From Azolla caroliniana (lineage: Eukaryota > Plantae > Polypodiophyta): a stretch of DNA of 64,000 nt. Shown one piece after another: positions 10,919 through 22,776 of this stretch. The position numbers were made by a program, and so were the translations under genes. The DNA lies in the NCBI GenBank assembly GCA_043228905.1, contig JBHGNT010000004.1:13516001-13580000 (forward strand). The letters run 5' to 3'. Position 1 is the stretch's first letter, and every line of letters begins with the position of its first letter. A model generated the notes under the pieces. It was not told where the DNA came from, did not search any database, and saw only the letters and a program-made list of their open reading frames with translations.

Positions 10919-13603
10919 ATGAGAGGGTCTGAAATCGTTGCCAATAGACTGAGAATCAGAAAGCAACCCATCATTCTTTCTTCATCAAAGACAATATCCC
11001 AACACAACTCACAATGTATAGATTGCTTCCCACAAGATGCTTCTACTTGTGCCTCTGCTATACAATGGTGTGGAGAGACACATGCTCTTTCTCTTGGCCA
11101 CATCATCTACGCTCACATACTTTCCCATAGCTACATACATGGCCATGTCCACATGGAAAGCCTCCTCATGAACATGTATGTGAAATGTGGCTCAATCCAG
11201 GATGCCATATGCATCTTCCATCACATGCATCATCCATGTGTATTTGCATTCAATTACACAATTAAGATTTATGCAAATCAAGGTAAAGAAGAAAAAGCTT
11301 TTACTCTCTTTAATCGAATGTCAGAGTGCGGGGTTTCCCCAAATCAGGTAACATATACTGCTATCCTTTCTATGCTATCTAAGATCAAAGATGGTGTTCA
11401 AGCAGGCAAGAAGTTGCATATATACATAATCTATGGCAGCTTCAACAATGACGTTATCTTAAGGACGTCCCTTCTTAACATGTATGGTAAATGTGATAGC
11501 TTATGTGATGCGGAGAAGGTGTTCGATGCAATGATAGAGCAAAATCTGGTCACATGGACCACCTTGATTTCATTGTATATATATCATGGTGAGAGAAACA
11601 GGGCATTCCAAGCACTTTCTCAACTTTTTCATCAAGGACTTTTGCCAAATCGGGTTAGTTTTCTTACTATTCTTTCTGCATGTAAGGATCCTATGTGTTT
11701 ACCTGATGGCAAAAGGGTGCATGCCACCATAGTTTGTAATGAAGCTCATCAAGATATTAGCATCATGAATGCTCTTGTTAACATGTACGGGAAATGTGGT
11801 ACTCTTGAGGACACACACAGGTTTTTTGATGCAATGCACACATATGATATTATCTCGTATAGTAGCATGATTGCCTTCTATTCCCGACAATATAATATCA
11901 GGGAAGTCATAATGCTTTCTGAGGGCATGCAAATACATGAGATCACACCCAATGATGTGACTTTTATCAATATTTTGGGTGCATTTTCTAGCCATGAAGT
12001 GTTGGAGGAAGCTAGACTAGTCCACATACAAATCCAATGCTATGGATATGAGGTCCATATGAGTGTGGCAAATGCCATTATAGCAATGTATGGTAGGTGT
12101 TGGAGGTTAGAAGATGCTTACAATGTTTTTGATAAAATACTATACAAGGATGTGGCCTCATGGAATTCTATTATTGGTGCTCATGTTGAGCAAAAGCAGA
12201 TTGAAGTAGCTTTGAGATTGTTTGAAGAAATGCAAAACAAGAAGGGTATTTTTCCAGACGTTTTTACATTCATAAGTCTTCTCAAAGCATGCACAGCCTC
12301 CCTAGCTTCGGAGAATGCAATGTTATTACATGTTTGTATTTGTGAGGATGGGTTAGAGCACTCTCTAGATATCAACACTTCGCTTATTCATGCGTATAGT
12401 AAGTGTAATGGCTTACAAGATGCACAAAAAGTATTTGATAGAATGGTGAAGCATAACAAAGTATCCTGGAACTCTATAATTGGTGCTTATGTCTATCATG
12501 GAAAACACGAAGTGGCACATCGTTTGTTCTTTAGAATGATTGATGAGGAAGGAAAATTCCCAGATAAAGTAACAATTGTGAACATCCTTGGTGCTATTGT
12601 GAGGTCAGAAACCCTATTTGAAGGCAAAGAGCTCCACAAGTTCCTACTTGATCATGGTTACACCATAGATGAAGTTATGGGATCTTCACTTATTAACATG
12701 TATGGAAAATGTGGAGACATAGGAGGTGCTAAGGATGTCTTTGACAATATAAAGGAACAGGCAACAGTGGTTTCTTGGACTTCTATGATAAGGGTATATG
12801 TAGAGCATGAGCAAGGTGAGAAAGCACTACAATTATTTAGCCAAATGATAGCAGAAAAAACACATCTAATACCAGATGCTGTTACTTTTATTACAATCCT
12901 AGCTGCATGTGCAAATCAAAGCTCCTTAGATGATGGAAAGTGTGTTCATGCTTGTATTCTTGAGTGTGGCCTTGATAGTGTTATAGATGTGAGCAATGCT
13001 ATTGTTAACATGTATGGTAAGTGTGGTTGTGTGAAGAGTGCATGGATGATGTTCGATACATTGCATGAGCATGACATTTGCTCATGGAACTCTTTACTCG
13101 CAGTTTATGCTCAACATGGTTTCGGGAAAGAAGTCATTCATCTTGTAAGCATAATGGAGGAAAGACATGTGCGACCAGATAAGTTTACCTTTACCATAGT
13201 GCTCTCTGCTTGTAGTCATGGAGGCTTGATCCATGAAGGATGTAAATATTTCACAAGAATGATTGAAGTATGTTATAGCAATATGCACCCTTGTGAAGAT
13301 CATTTTGTATGTATGATAGATCTTCTAGGAAGAGCTGGTCTTGCAGATGTTGCTAGACAGTTGGTGGTCCATTACCTACCATTTCAACCTACAGTTGTGG
13401 CTTATACAACGTTTCTTGGGGCTTGCCAACTAGATGACGAGGGTGCGGTAGTACAAGGAGTTTTTCTTGCAAAATACATCATTGAGCTCAAACCGCAAAC
13501 TTCAGCTTCATATATCATTCTATCAAACATGTATTCTTTGATGGAGAGTATATCTTGTAAAGATGGTAGTTGTTGTCAAGCCCCAACTCTATGGGGGTTT
13601 TGA
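10919..13603 (+). CDS. PLS-class pentatricopeptide repeat protein with E domain and no DYW (organellar RNA-editing-type factor)
   Basis: Uninterrupted ORF (first ATG 10919) with repeated LxNMYGKCG...A..VFD, WNSII and PD.VTF motifs. Ends with ACSHGGLI..G, HFVCMIDLLGRAG and SASYIILSNMYS (E motifs). Confidence 0.95.
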   Translation: MRGSEIVANRLRIRKQPIILSSSKTISQHNSQCIDCFPQDASTCASAIQWCGETHALSLGHIIYAHILSHSYIHGHVHMESLLMNMYVKCGSIQDAICIFHHMHHPCVFAFNYTIKIYANQGKEEKAFTLFNRMSECGVSPNQVTYTAILSMLSKIKDGVQAGKKLHIYIIYGSFNNDVILRTSLLNMYGKCDSLCDAEKVFDAMIEQNLVTWTTLISLYIYHGERNRAFQALSQLFHQGLLPNRVSFLTILSACKDPMCLPDGKRVHATIVCNEAHQDISIMNALVNMYGKCGTLEDTHRFFDAMHTYDIISYSSMIAFYSRQYNIREVIMLSEGMQIHEITPNDVTFINILGAFSSHEVLEEARLVHIQIQCYGYEVHMSVANAIIAMYGRCWRLEDAYNVFDKILYKDVASWNSIIGAHVEQKQIEVALRLFEEMQNKKGIFPDVFTFISLLKACTASLASENAMLLHVCICEDGLEHSLDINTSLIHAYSKCNGLQDAQKVFDRMVKHNKVSWNSIIGAYVYHGKHEVAHRLFFRMIDEEGKFPDKVTIVNILGAIVRSETLFEGKELHKFLLDHGYTIDEVMGSSLINMYGKCGDIGGAKDVFDNIKEQATVVSWTSMIRVYVEHEQGEKALQLFSQMIAEKTHLIPDAVTFITILAACANQSSLDDGKCVHACILECGLDSVIDVSNAIVNMYGKCGCVKSAWMMFDTLHEHDICSWNSLLAVYAQHGFGKEVIHLVSIMEERHVRPDKFTFTIVLSACSHGGLIHEGCKYFTRMIEVCYSNMHPCEDHFVCMIDLLGRAGLADVARQLVVHYLPFQPTVVAYTTFLGACQLDDEGAVVQGVFLAKYIIELKPQTSASYIILSNMYSLMESISCKDGSCCQAPTLWGF

Positions 13604-14559
13604 ATTGCACTCAAACATGGTTCGGAATAAGACAATGGGGACAAAAAATGTATCATGTTTATTATATAAGTAAACGAGATTACATTGAGAAGGTTATTAC
13701 ACTCTCCTTAGAGCCCAAAATGATGAGTGGGAGAGAATGTGAGAGAAATAGACAATTAGAGAATCAGAGAATTAGTTACAAAATGAGGAATGCTCCTCCT
13801 TATGTAGGCTAAATATGGTCGTTGGGACTAACCGTTGTTGTATAGTCCCTTGAGGCTGCCCGTTGTTATTGGGTTGTCCCAACCCAAGGGGCTGCCTTTT
13901 TTGGGACTAGGACTAATGAATGAGTTGGGATTGCTTAGGGCAATCCCAACTTTGGTTGGGACTACTTGGGAAGTTGAAAATGTCCCAATCTTGGTTGGGA
14001 CTAGTCGGGATTGGCCCCTTTGGTGAGTCCCGCCCTCTTGTAGTGCAGGGTTTAGGGTTTAGGACGCCCTAAAGCTACCCACATGATTAACTCCTTTCGA
14101 GTGGCCCCATGCCCTATTAGTGTAGACCATTGCTTCCTATACTTTGAGCCACAATGCGGCACCTCCAGCGCCACCAACTCTAGTCAACCAAACCATCACA
14201 CCACAATACATTTCACGCATGAGCTCTCTAACATCTACTCCCGACATGTTCAAGTCGATCTCTCCTCGCTAATTCTTCCCTACCTTTAGAGAACCTCACT
14301 ACATAACTCACACACATACTTCACTTGGCAACAATTAGTAGCTTCCCCTACACAAAACACTCCAATCACAGTAGTATAGGGTCTATGCCACATAATAGGT
14401 GGTAAGATGAGGATTGTAGAGACTTGTATAGACAACTTAAAGGGCTGCGACTTAGTGGTACTATTTCCTCAGTACAGGCTCGTAAAGAGATGCGCAAGTT
14501 GAGCTTGGGAAGCATCTCAATATTGGGAACTCTACCACATGCTCATGAGTAGGGACTAT

Positions 14560-15241
14560 GCCCTTGCTTGGAAGAGACTACGGGAACCGAGACCACAAAC
14601 ACCCATCGAGGATCCCAACACTTGGCACACATATACAGAGAGACTCCACCACGTCCCGAACTAACCACCCATTCCAATGCCTTCCACACCTCGACCTACC
14701 ATGGGGAACCTTTCCACGACCTCCACGGTCACGAAGGTCATAAAAAAACTACAACATAGAAAATCCATGGACCACACAGGATTGCGAGCCGAACACATCA
14801 TATATGCTCGAGAGTGCCTAGCCCCGTTTCTCACTCTAATCTTCAACCGCGCCCTCGCGGAAGGTTTTCACCACAATGGACCATGAACACAGTGGCCCCT
14901 ATACACAAAGGAGGGGACCCAATGGACCCAAATACATATAGGACCATTATGATTGGTCATACGCACGTTAAACTATACGGTGTAGCAAGTAAGCAGAGCT
15001 CAACAATTATATGGAAACCTCAAGTCTCCGAGCACTTACGTAGGTTGGCTTTAGACAAGCCTTCTCCACTATTGACCATATCTTCACACTTAGATGCTCA
15101 ATTGTCAAGACAGGCTCGCAAGAAGAAACTATATTGTTGCTTTACGGACTTCCACAAAGCCTATGACATAGTTTCTAGGGAGCGGTTTTTTGATAGGCTT
15201 AAAAGCTTGGAGATACCAAATGACATGATCTGGGTCATCTA
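14560..15241 (+). mobile_element. Non-LTR retrotransposon (LINE) RT fragment
   Basis: VAPIHKGGDPMDPNTYRTIMIG and LYCCFTDFHKAYDIVSR motifs. Cut at 15241 by an LTR. Confidence 0.8.
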
Positions 15242-17500
15242 TGTCAAGGCCCTAGCTTGACAAAAGAAGATTGAACAAGAGAGGAAAAGAAAGAGAGAAC
15301 AATGACTACATTTTATTATAATAAGAAAAATACAAGAGCAAGAGCTAGAATATTTGCCAAAGACTGGTGTTAAACCAGAATGGTTTGAACAATACAATAT
15401 GTCCTATTTATACAGGAGTAGTATGTGCCCCTTAGATGTTTGTAGGGTCATGATACCCTTTGGGATGTCGTAGGGTCATGATACCCTTTCGGATATTGAA
15501 GGGTCATGGTTCTCATCCCTTTTCCTATTACATACTTTGGCCACCACTGGCCAACAGTGACGATGCTTTCCTCGTCCATTTTGTAAAAGTTGTCGTAGGC
15601 CTTTTTCTAGTTTTCGGCATCCGCTCGAAGAACTTGCAATTCTGCCGCTTGCTGCAACCAATGAGTCCACCATTCGATCATAGATGTTGTCAATATTCCT
15701 CTTCGTTCCTTCTTTCCATGCCACTAAGATTGCTCGGATCCTGCCTACTCCCAGCTTCGTGCTATCTTCCGCCCTCTGCTTCTCCTCTTTCAGCTTCTTA
15801 ATCAATGCAACGGTAGCCCGGGCCTGCTCCCCATATTCAAGCAATTGGGTCTGATAAGTCGTCTGAACCCTATCCAGAGCCATTTTTTCTCGTTCAACCT
15901 CCTTTTAATGTTGCCGGGTGAGTGCCGTCCTTTCTCTTGCCACTTCCTCTAGCAGCATCGCCGACTCGACCACCTTTGTCAGTTCCTCTGCCAAAGCATC
16001 CGTTTTCTTTACTACATCAGCCCGTAGTTCCTTGATCTTCTCTTACTACTGGTCACACTTTGTGATTAACTTCTTATGCTCCGCATCAAGTTGTTTGTGA
16101 TCCCGGTGCAGCTTCTCAAAACCTTATGTTTTCTGCTTTAACTTCCGGTTGATTTGCCCATGTGCGCGGTCCTCCCTGTCCTTTTGTTGCTAGAGCTCCA
16201 CCTTGAGTCGTTCGATTTCCGTTTTTGCAGTATGCCGGAGTTTCTCCTTTTCTTGAAGTAGTTTTTCTCTTTCTTCTTTTAGCCGGTAGTTGTTAGCCTG
16301 ACTTTTCCAGAGGGTTTCTTCAATCCTCCTCTTCTCCTCCTCGGTTGTCATCTTTTACTCCCTTTCTCTACCTCGTAGGGCCTCTTGTGCCGCCAATTCC
16401 TCTTTCAAGGTGGCTATTTCTTGTTCATGCTCATTATTATTTATTGGTGATGTGCTAGCCACCAGTTCTTCGGGTACTTTAGCCGGTGCTACCGGCTCTA
16501 GGGTTGTATTTGTCCCTGTTTGGGCCATACCTACCGCTTGTTCCTTGGCCTTCTCCAACTCTTCCTCTAAGCTCCGGATCCATGTCCGGGCATGTTTTAA
16601 TTCTTCTGTCGTGGCTAGCAACCGATCCAATTGCATCCTCTCTTCTTGTTGGACATCCGGTTCACAACTCCCGACACCTACTCCCCCAGCCATCTCAACC
16701 ATTGTCGGCACGTTCCGTATTGTGTTGGAAGAAAGAATGGTTGTCCATGCTCCATTGTTGGTTCGTGCTCTGTTCTGAACCATTGGATTAGTGGCACCGA
16801 TGTTCGCTCCGGACGGCATTCCTCGTGCTACTGTTCTTGAAGGCCTGATGAGGGCCGATTCTCGGTAACCAGTTCTTGTTGAGCCGTTGTCACTGCTTCT
16901 AGCCTTAATTTCGGTTCTGCCTCCATCCGGGGTTCTACCACCACTGAGCCGGTCGTCGGGGTGTTGTCCCACCTTAGACCCACTCCTTCCCTCTATTGCT
17001 TTGTTGTCATGTTTCCTTGACCGACGCTAGAGGGTTTCGGTTGGTTCTTCTTCGGCCTCATCCTCCATGGTTTCGTGGTGCACCTTCAGGACCAGATCGT
17101 CTAGTTCCTTGTCCTCTTGATGTAGCGTGATTTTTATGGCCTTGGTTGGCTTTTACACCAGCACCACTTTCTCCACCAACTTCTTCTGGCTCAACTGCTC
17201 TGTTTCCTTTCACGACGAGCCCCCCTCTATCCAACCGAGGGTGTGCTTAGCCAGGAGCTGTTGCCGCTTGGATGGCATGTTCGGCGTTGTATTTGCCGAT
17301 TAACACCACTTCTTTGCTTTAATGGCCTGTGGCTAGGGTACCAACAGGGTGAGCCATTGCGCTATCGCAATCCACGCCTTCTTCCCCTCCACAACCGATT
17401 GAATGGCAGCCCGTAAGGAATCTGGCGCTATAAACGACCAATCCACCTTGACGCCTTCATATGTTGCGATAATAAAACCGGCTTTGTTTGCTCTTTTTTT
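15242..17500 (-). mobile_element. LTR element 3' remnant: LTR end at 15242 preceded by a long decayed coiled-coil ORF
   Basis: TGTCAAG terminus, minus-strand TATAAATA at 15412-15405, and a GGTTTAACACCAGTC start motif like the 62021 LTR. ORF pieces 15476-15883 and 16355-16972 are E/K/Q-rich. Right boundary is approximate. Confidence 0.55.
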
Positions 17501-18005
17501 AGGCATGTGTGCGTATGCTTTACTGGCTATAGAGTACTTGCCAATGTCACAAACATGAAATTAGATGAAGACATAAACTAGCAGGCGATTTGTGGTAAAC
17601 TATAAATATCAATCATGCATTGAGTGAACATGGTAGTCCTTTATTCAGAAATCCATTCTAGTAAGGGCTATTCAACTTAGAAAATATATATCTTAATAAG
17701 TATACAAGGATATATATTATCTTGAAGGGTAGGTATGGCTTATATTGATTCCATATCCATATTCTAGAGAATTTGCATATGATAGACTTGAATTTGGTAT
17801 CGTAAAGGTAATTTGTGGGTTATTTTCTACTATTTTAAGCTAAACTAGGTCATCAAACCTCTATAATTAAGGCGCCTATTTGTTACAAAATATGGCAAAT
17901 CTCCCTAAAAAAAGACTGATTTTGACAGAAAGTTTTCAGATATCTTTTCACACAATACTAAATTGTTGCCCCAAAGACACAATATTCCTCTTTAAAGTTC
18001 TTGTT

Positions 18006-18672
18006 TTATACAAGAACTCGATACACCGTATCGTGTTCTTGTATACAGTTCATGTCTATACAGGAAATCGATGCAGGGTATCGAGTTCGTGTATCAAACA
18101 CAGACTTTACAGAGGAACTCGATACGATGTATCGAGTTCTTGTATAAAACAAGAACTTTATACAGGAACTCGATAAGTCGTATCGAGTCCTTGTATAAAA
18201 CACAAACATAATACAGAAGCTCGATATTGTGTATTAAGTTCCTCTGTAAAAGAGTTACATAACACAGGAACTTGATACATCGTATCGAGTTCCTATTTAA
18301 AACGCACACTATATACAGGAAAACACAAATTGTGTACAGGAACTCGATACGGTGTATCGAGTTCCTGTATAATGTTTGTGTTTTATATAGGAACTCGATA
18401 TGGCGTATCGAGTTCCTCTTTAAAACAAGAACTTTAAACAGGAACTCGTTACGCCGTGTTGAGTTCCTGTATAAAACACAAACATTATACAAGAACTCGA
18501 TACGGCGTAGCGAGTTCCTGTTTAAAACGCAAACATAATACAGGAACTCGATACGATGTATTGAGTTCCTGTATAAAACCTAAACTTCACACAAGAACTC
18601 GATACGCCGTATCGAGTTCCTCTTTAAAACAAAAACTTTAAACAGGAACTCGATACGGCGTATCGAGTTCGT
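18006..18672. repeat. Array of 13 palindromes, 51-bp period
   Basis: Unit TATACAGGAACTCGATAC-NNN-GTATCGAGTTCCTGTATA plus a ~14-bp A-rich linker. Starts near 18010, 18060, 18111, 18162, 18213, 18264, 18336, 18387, 18438, 18489, 18540, 18591 and 18642. Confidence 0.95.
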
Positions 18673-18719
18673 GATGCTAAAACATATTTACAAAAATGTC
18701 CACAGTGTTAGAGGCTTAC

Positions 18720-19300
18720 CTGGAGTCCTGGCGCTCGATTTTCTTTTAAGACATGGTTGATATTTGTCGATTTTTAGGCGGAGATCTTGCTTTCGTGCTT
18801 CATGCTCTGTGTGCTCTATTTGCTCTGTTTGCTCTGTTTGCTCTTGTGTTTCGTGTGATTGAAATATGACGAGGTCTTCCTATTTATAGGGATTGACCAC
18901 AGTGGTTAAAGTAACCACAGTCATTTTAACCAGGGTTGGCAAGCTTGAGGTTAGTTAGTTAGTAACCACTGTCACTTTAACCAGAGTTACTTATGATTGC
19001 ATCATGATTACAAAGTCAAACTAACATATTGATGAATATTTTATAGTCAAAATAACTTACAGTGACTTTGACGGTCATGAAAGAAACAATGATAGAGGTT
19101 CATGAATGAACCAATGATTGATTACTGAAAGCAACATTTTTATGACTCTTAATTTCTTTGTATTAAAGATGTGGGCATGAATGAACCAATGATTGAAAAG
19201 TCTTATATTTAAAATGGTGGACATGAATGAACCAATGATTGAGAAGTTCTATATTAAATATGGGTGCCATTAATTAACCAATGATTTTAACTTTAATCCA
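18720..19300. promoter_or_regulatory. Putative divergent promoter region with a minus-strand TATA box and short first exon
   Basis: Minus strand has TATAAATA (18888-18881), ACCATG at 18754 and a CCAG|GTAAG donor at 18720/18719. Four CATGAATGAACCAATGATT-type CCAAT repeats lie at ~19101, 19177, 19222 and 19269. Confidence 0.5.
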
Positions 19301-19588
19301 ACATATATATGCCTTGGTAATGATTGTAATTATATTATACTTGATTTAACTTCATACAGACTAGTTTAAGTAATTATTAATATGTTGAATACAATTATTA
19401 TATTAAAAATAATATTTTTTATATATTGTATTAATATAATATTAAATAATATGGACATTATATTGAGGGAGCTTCTGTTTAGAGAGGAGTTTATGTTTAG
19501 AGAGGAGTATATGTTTAGAGAGGAGCTTATCAGTTTTTTGCCTTAGCCTAAGCACATAACTTAAGGAGCTCTGTCCAGACCTTAAGCC

Positions 19589-22446
19589 ATGAGTGAAGAT
19601 TCACCATTCTCGATTGAAGAATATTGTTTGTCGACAGACTCACCATTTTCTATTGAAGAATATTGTCTGTCGACAAACTCACCATATTCTATCAAAGAGT
19701 ATTGTTTGAGCTCATCTTCACCTACAACGAATGTGAATAATGACACATGTGAAGAGTTCTCTATTGAAGAATATTGTCTATCGACAAACTCACCATATTC
19801 TATCGAAGAGTATTGTTTGAGCTCATCTTCACCTACAACAAATGTGAATAATGACACATGTGAAGAGTTCTCTATTGAAGAATACGATATTAATAAAGAT
19901 ACAGAGAATGAAGGTAGTGCCAATGAAACATCGAATATCATGGGCGATGGTCACAACAAAGAATTCGATAGTAACAAGGTTACACCAACTTCTATGCAGG
20001 AAGAGAAATTTGGAAGCCCTATGCATATTAGAAGATTCCCACGAAGAATTCGTTTGGCTAGATTTAACGTGGTGACATCAGATAAACAGATTGGATTTGA
20101 TGTCAAAAAAATATGTTGTGCCCGTGGCTGTATGTCTATGATTGGAAAATCAAAGTTGCGAGAATTAAGGCGATACTATTTTTCGATGACTGGTGATGAG
20201 CAAGACACTTACCTCGGGTCACATATGCAACTAGTGTCTAACAAATGTACGGGGATCAAAGTATCATTTGAGTATTATATCTTCCATGCGCAACAGATAT
20301 GTAGAGTTGCATTCAAAATTACGTTGTGTTAGTCACATGCAGCTTACATAGAGTACAACAACGTCTACTTAGCAGGGATCAGATGCTCAATTGTAAAGAG
20401 GTTCCAAGTATGAAAGGTGCAATTGGAAGACATGCTATTAGTTGGATGAAAAGTTACTTTCAGTTAAATTTTGTAGTAATGCCCACTATAGGTAGGATGC
20501 ACCTCTCTGATAATTACACATGTCGGGAAGTTTATGATGTCTATCGATCTGATATGGTGGGATCACGTAATAAGTCTATCACATATAGCCAATTCACAAG
20601 ATTATGGAGAGCTCGGTTTTCAAATGTTATCATTCCACATAAAGTACGCATGGGGTATTGCTCCATTTGTGCAAATCTTAAAAGTTTGGTTAAAGGTGCA
20701 ACGACATCAATGGAAAAGGATATGAGTAAGAAGTTACTACAAGAGCATCGTGAGGCACAATTGTTAGAATGAAAGAAGGCGATGCATCATAGAGAGAAGT
20801 GTTTGAAGAGGCCTGAACAATACATGTGCTTTATGATAGATGGCATAGACCAGAAGAAGACGTGCTTGCTGCATATGCGGAGGCTCCCCAAAGACGTCAA
20901 TGATGAGTGCCTTGTTCAAATGCACTTGGTGGGATGCTTGGCTTATAATAGGTTTGTTGGACCTCACGTCTTCATTACATACCCCAATGTTCACAATGAC
21001 CATAACCTAATAGTTACAGTGATTCACCGAGTTTTGATGTCTTGGGGCCAACCTTTCCCCCCTGTTCTATACATTCAATTGGACAATACTGCTTGATAGA
21101 ACAAAAATTCAACTGTGTTTGGCTATCTAAGTATGTTGGTCAACCAAGGATTGTTTAGAAAAGTGAAAGTCAATTTTCTTTTGGTTGGCCACACACATGA
21201 TCATATAGATAAGATGTTTAGCACATTCTCCAAACAGTTGTCTCGGCATGATGCTTTCACATTACCTAAACTATTTGATGTCATTTGTGATGCATATACA
21301 CCACGCCCAAAAGTGTTACACTTGAAGGAGGTATATGACTTTAAGAGATATATATCAGATGGGGGTGTTGGGAATGTTAAAGTGCTTGCCTAGTTAAACA
21401 ATATAAGCTTCAATCACATTTTTATGATAAAGAAAAATGAAATAAGCAGTTCCACACTTTTGTATGCCAAACAATATTCATCTTCTACAACATGGGAACC
21501 TGAAGGTGGTTGCCAGTTATTACTTTGTATGTCGAGTACAATTGTCCATGGAGCTAAGCAAATGCCAATTGAGAAGAAAGGACAGTTGCAAAGTGACTTG
21601 GTATTGAAACAAAAACAGTTATGGCTCCAAGCCTTAGAAGAAGAAAGAAAGCATATTGAGGCCGCCAAGAAATGTGCCACACAACAAGACATGTCATGGT
21701 GGGATGTATTTTATAGTGATCAGAAAGGAATTATAGACAATTGTGTATTTGGTGATAATTGGAATTTGGAAATGCGATTCACATGGTCGCTGCAACATGA
21801 TCGTGTAAATAGAACTCTGGAGCAACCAGCAAATGCGATTAATGATAGTTTGGTCCATCCACAACAAAGAGACATTTACGTGGGACCAAGGATGACCAAA
21901 GCAGCCGAAGCTAGATGGCAAGGCAATTTGCAAGAGCTCACGGCGGGAATGTTGATTGCAACGCCGGTTGATGAGAACTCACATGGCCACCAATTTTGGG
22001 TTGGTAAAATTCTAGAAGTGCTAATGCATGAAATAGAAAACACGATCAAGTCTATAAACGTTCATTGGTACAACACTAGAAGTGCAAATGCTTTTACAGG
22101 TAAGTATACATTGGAGATGATTGAATGCCCAACAAGAAGGGGAGGTAGGAAGAGGAAGCGAAACATTCGTAACGCCTTGACCCTTGATATCTCTAATGTG
22201 GATATCATCGTGTACGACTTCGCACTTACAAAAACCGGACGATTAAGGAAGTCAACAATAGATATAATAATAAAAAATTTACCAGGTCTATAAGGTGGCT
22301 CGAGTCAAAGGCAAACGAGATCTACTACATATAAGCTAGAGTCAAACCATTTGGTTTATGATGAAGATAATGCACTGGTTGGTATATCCGAGGATGACGA
22401 GGAGGAATCGTCATTGTATATTAGTTATAGTAGTGATTCTCCGTAA
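19589..22446 (+). pseudogene. DDD/E transposase (Sola-related / DUF7869-like), decayed
   Basis: Collinear ORF pieces carry CCARGC, GYCSICANL, CFMIDGIDQKKT, LYIQLDNTA*xNKNS and VNFLLVGHTHDHIDKMFS. The breaks are mostly TGA/TAG/TAA consistent with C>T decay. Superfamily assignment is from motif recall only. Confidence 0.8.
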
Positions 22447-22776
22447 AGGAATGATCATGAATGTATTTTTGGCTATTAAGTGTAACTACATTCTGCTTGT
22501 AACAAATCGAGTAATATAAAAGCATGTGTTTTCAATTCTTATGATTTCTAAAAAATCGTTTCTTATAAAATAACATTGGTTGTAAAGTTTGTGATATAAT
22601 TTGAGAATGTAACTTTTTGAAATTCCTCTTTTTTTAGTTACTTCTAAATCACGAAAATAGTGGATTTTTAACCTTTTTCATAGTATGTTTGAACATGTAT
22701 GATACTGGTCAATGTGTTTTGTAAAATCATTGAAAAAGCTCTAAAATCAACCAAAATTTTCCTTATACTTCCATTT

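Noticed and set aside
13630-14060. Possible LTR remnant downstream of the PPR gene
   Set aside because: It has GGGA/TCCC repeats, but I could not find termini, a TSD or a second copy.
17880-18641. Several repetitive ORFs on both strands
   Set aside because: They are translations of the palindromic 51-bp array.
18006-18672. CRISPR array
   Set aside because: The linkers are only ~14 bp and similar to each other, there are no cas genes, and the context is eukaryotic.
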